This document shows positions 63,870-64,000 of a stretch of DNA of 64,000 bases, piece by piece. The notes beneath the pieces were generated by a model. That model was not told where the DNA came from, searched no databases, and saw only the letters and a list, made by a program, of their open reading frames with translations. Every line of letters starts with the position of its first letter. The stretch's first letter is position 1. Both the position numbers and the translations under genes were made by a program. The DNA is from an uncultured delta proteobacterium. Lineage in GTDB: Bacteria; Desulfobacterota; WTBG01; CAIYCZ01; CAIRTM01. The stretch covers positions 32,001 through 96,000 of the forward strand of contig CAWDSQ010000013.1 in NCBI GenBank assembly GCA_963804955.1, given 5' to 3'.

Positions 63870-64000
63870 TCACTGCCCGCGCTTCCGGTAGACCGCGGGC
63901 ATGATATATTCAAACAAGCTCTGCTCCCTGCCCAGTGATTCCGAATGCCCGATAAAGAAAAATCCGCCGGGCGCCAAACTGGCATGAAATCTTTCGATAA
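63870..64000 (-). CDS. cheR: Chemotaxis methyltransferase CheR, C-terminal end (partial)
   Basis: Hand translation: ERFHASLAPGGFFFIGHSESLGREQSLFEYIMPAVYRKRGQ*. Confidence 0.88.
   Translation of the reverse strand, partial: IERFHASLAPGGFFFIGHSESLGREQSLFEYIMPAVYRKRGQ

Overview
64-kb chromosomal window from a diderm anaerobe. Gene content and order (kdsB-kdsA-kdsD-kdsC-lptCAB-rpoN-hpf-ptsN-rapZ-PTS IIA, his operon, che cluster, CFI-box-CTERM and TIGR02266-like proteins) point to a deltaproteobacterium (Desulfobacterota-like); this is inference. Many normally intact genes (rpoN, ptsN, hisF, hisA, hisH, AOR-like, permease) are split by single-base frameshifts, most likely long-read indel errors, so split ORFs are reported as merged CDSs. 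Layout: 1-3.2 kb is AT-richer (3' end of a WYL regulator, two candidate structured RNAs, PilZ protein, Sel1-repeat protein). 3.4-20 kb holds accessory secreted/envelope genes, including a secreted ferrochelatase-fold protein and an NlpC/P60 hydrolase fused to a probable beta-barrel. 21.8-38.9 kb is housekeeping. 39-49.7 kb is an accessory redox region (redoxin-multiheme fusion, atypical ferredoxin, Tat Fe-S protein plus AOR-like oxidoreductase) with several miniature IS-derived elements, one nested in another. 49.8-54.5 kb is pdxA-his. 54.6-64 kb is partner-switching and chemotaxis-like signalling with two stand-alone MshEN-like repeat proteins. No CRISPR array, rRNA, tRNA, integrase or intact transposase was seen. 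No database searches were run; family calls rest on recognised motifs.
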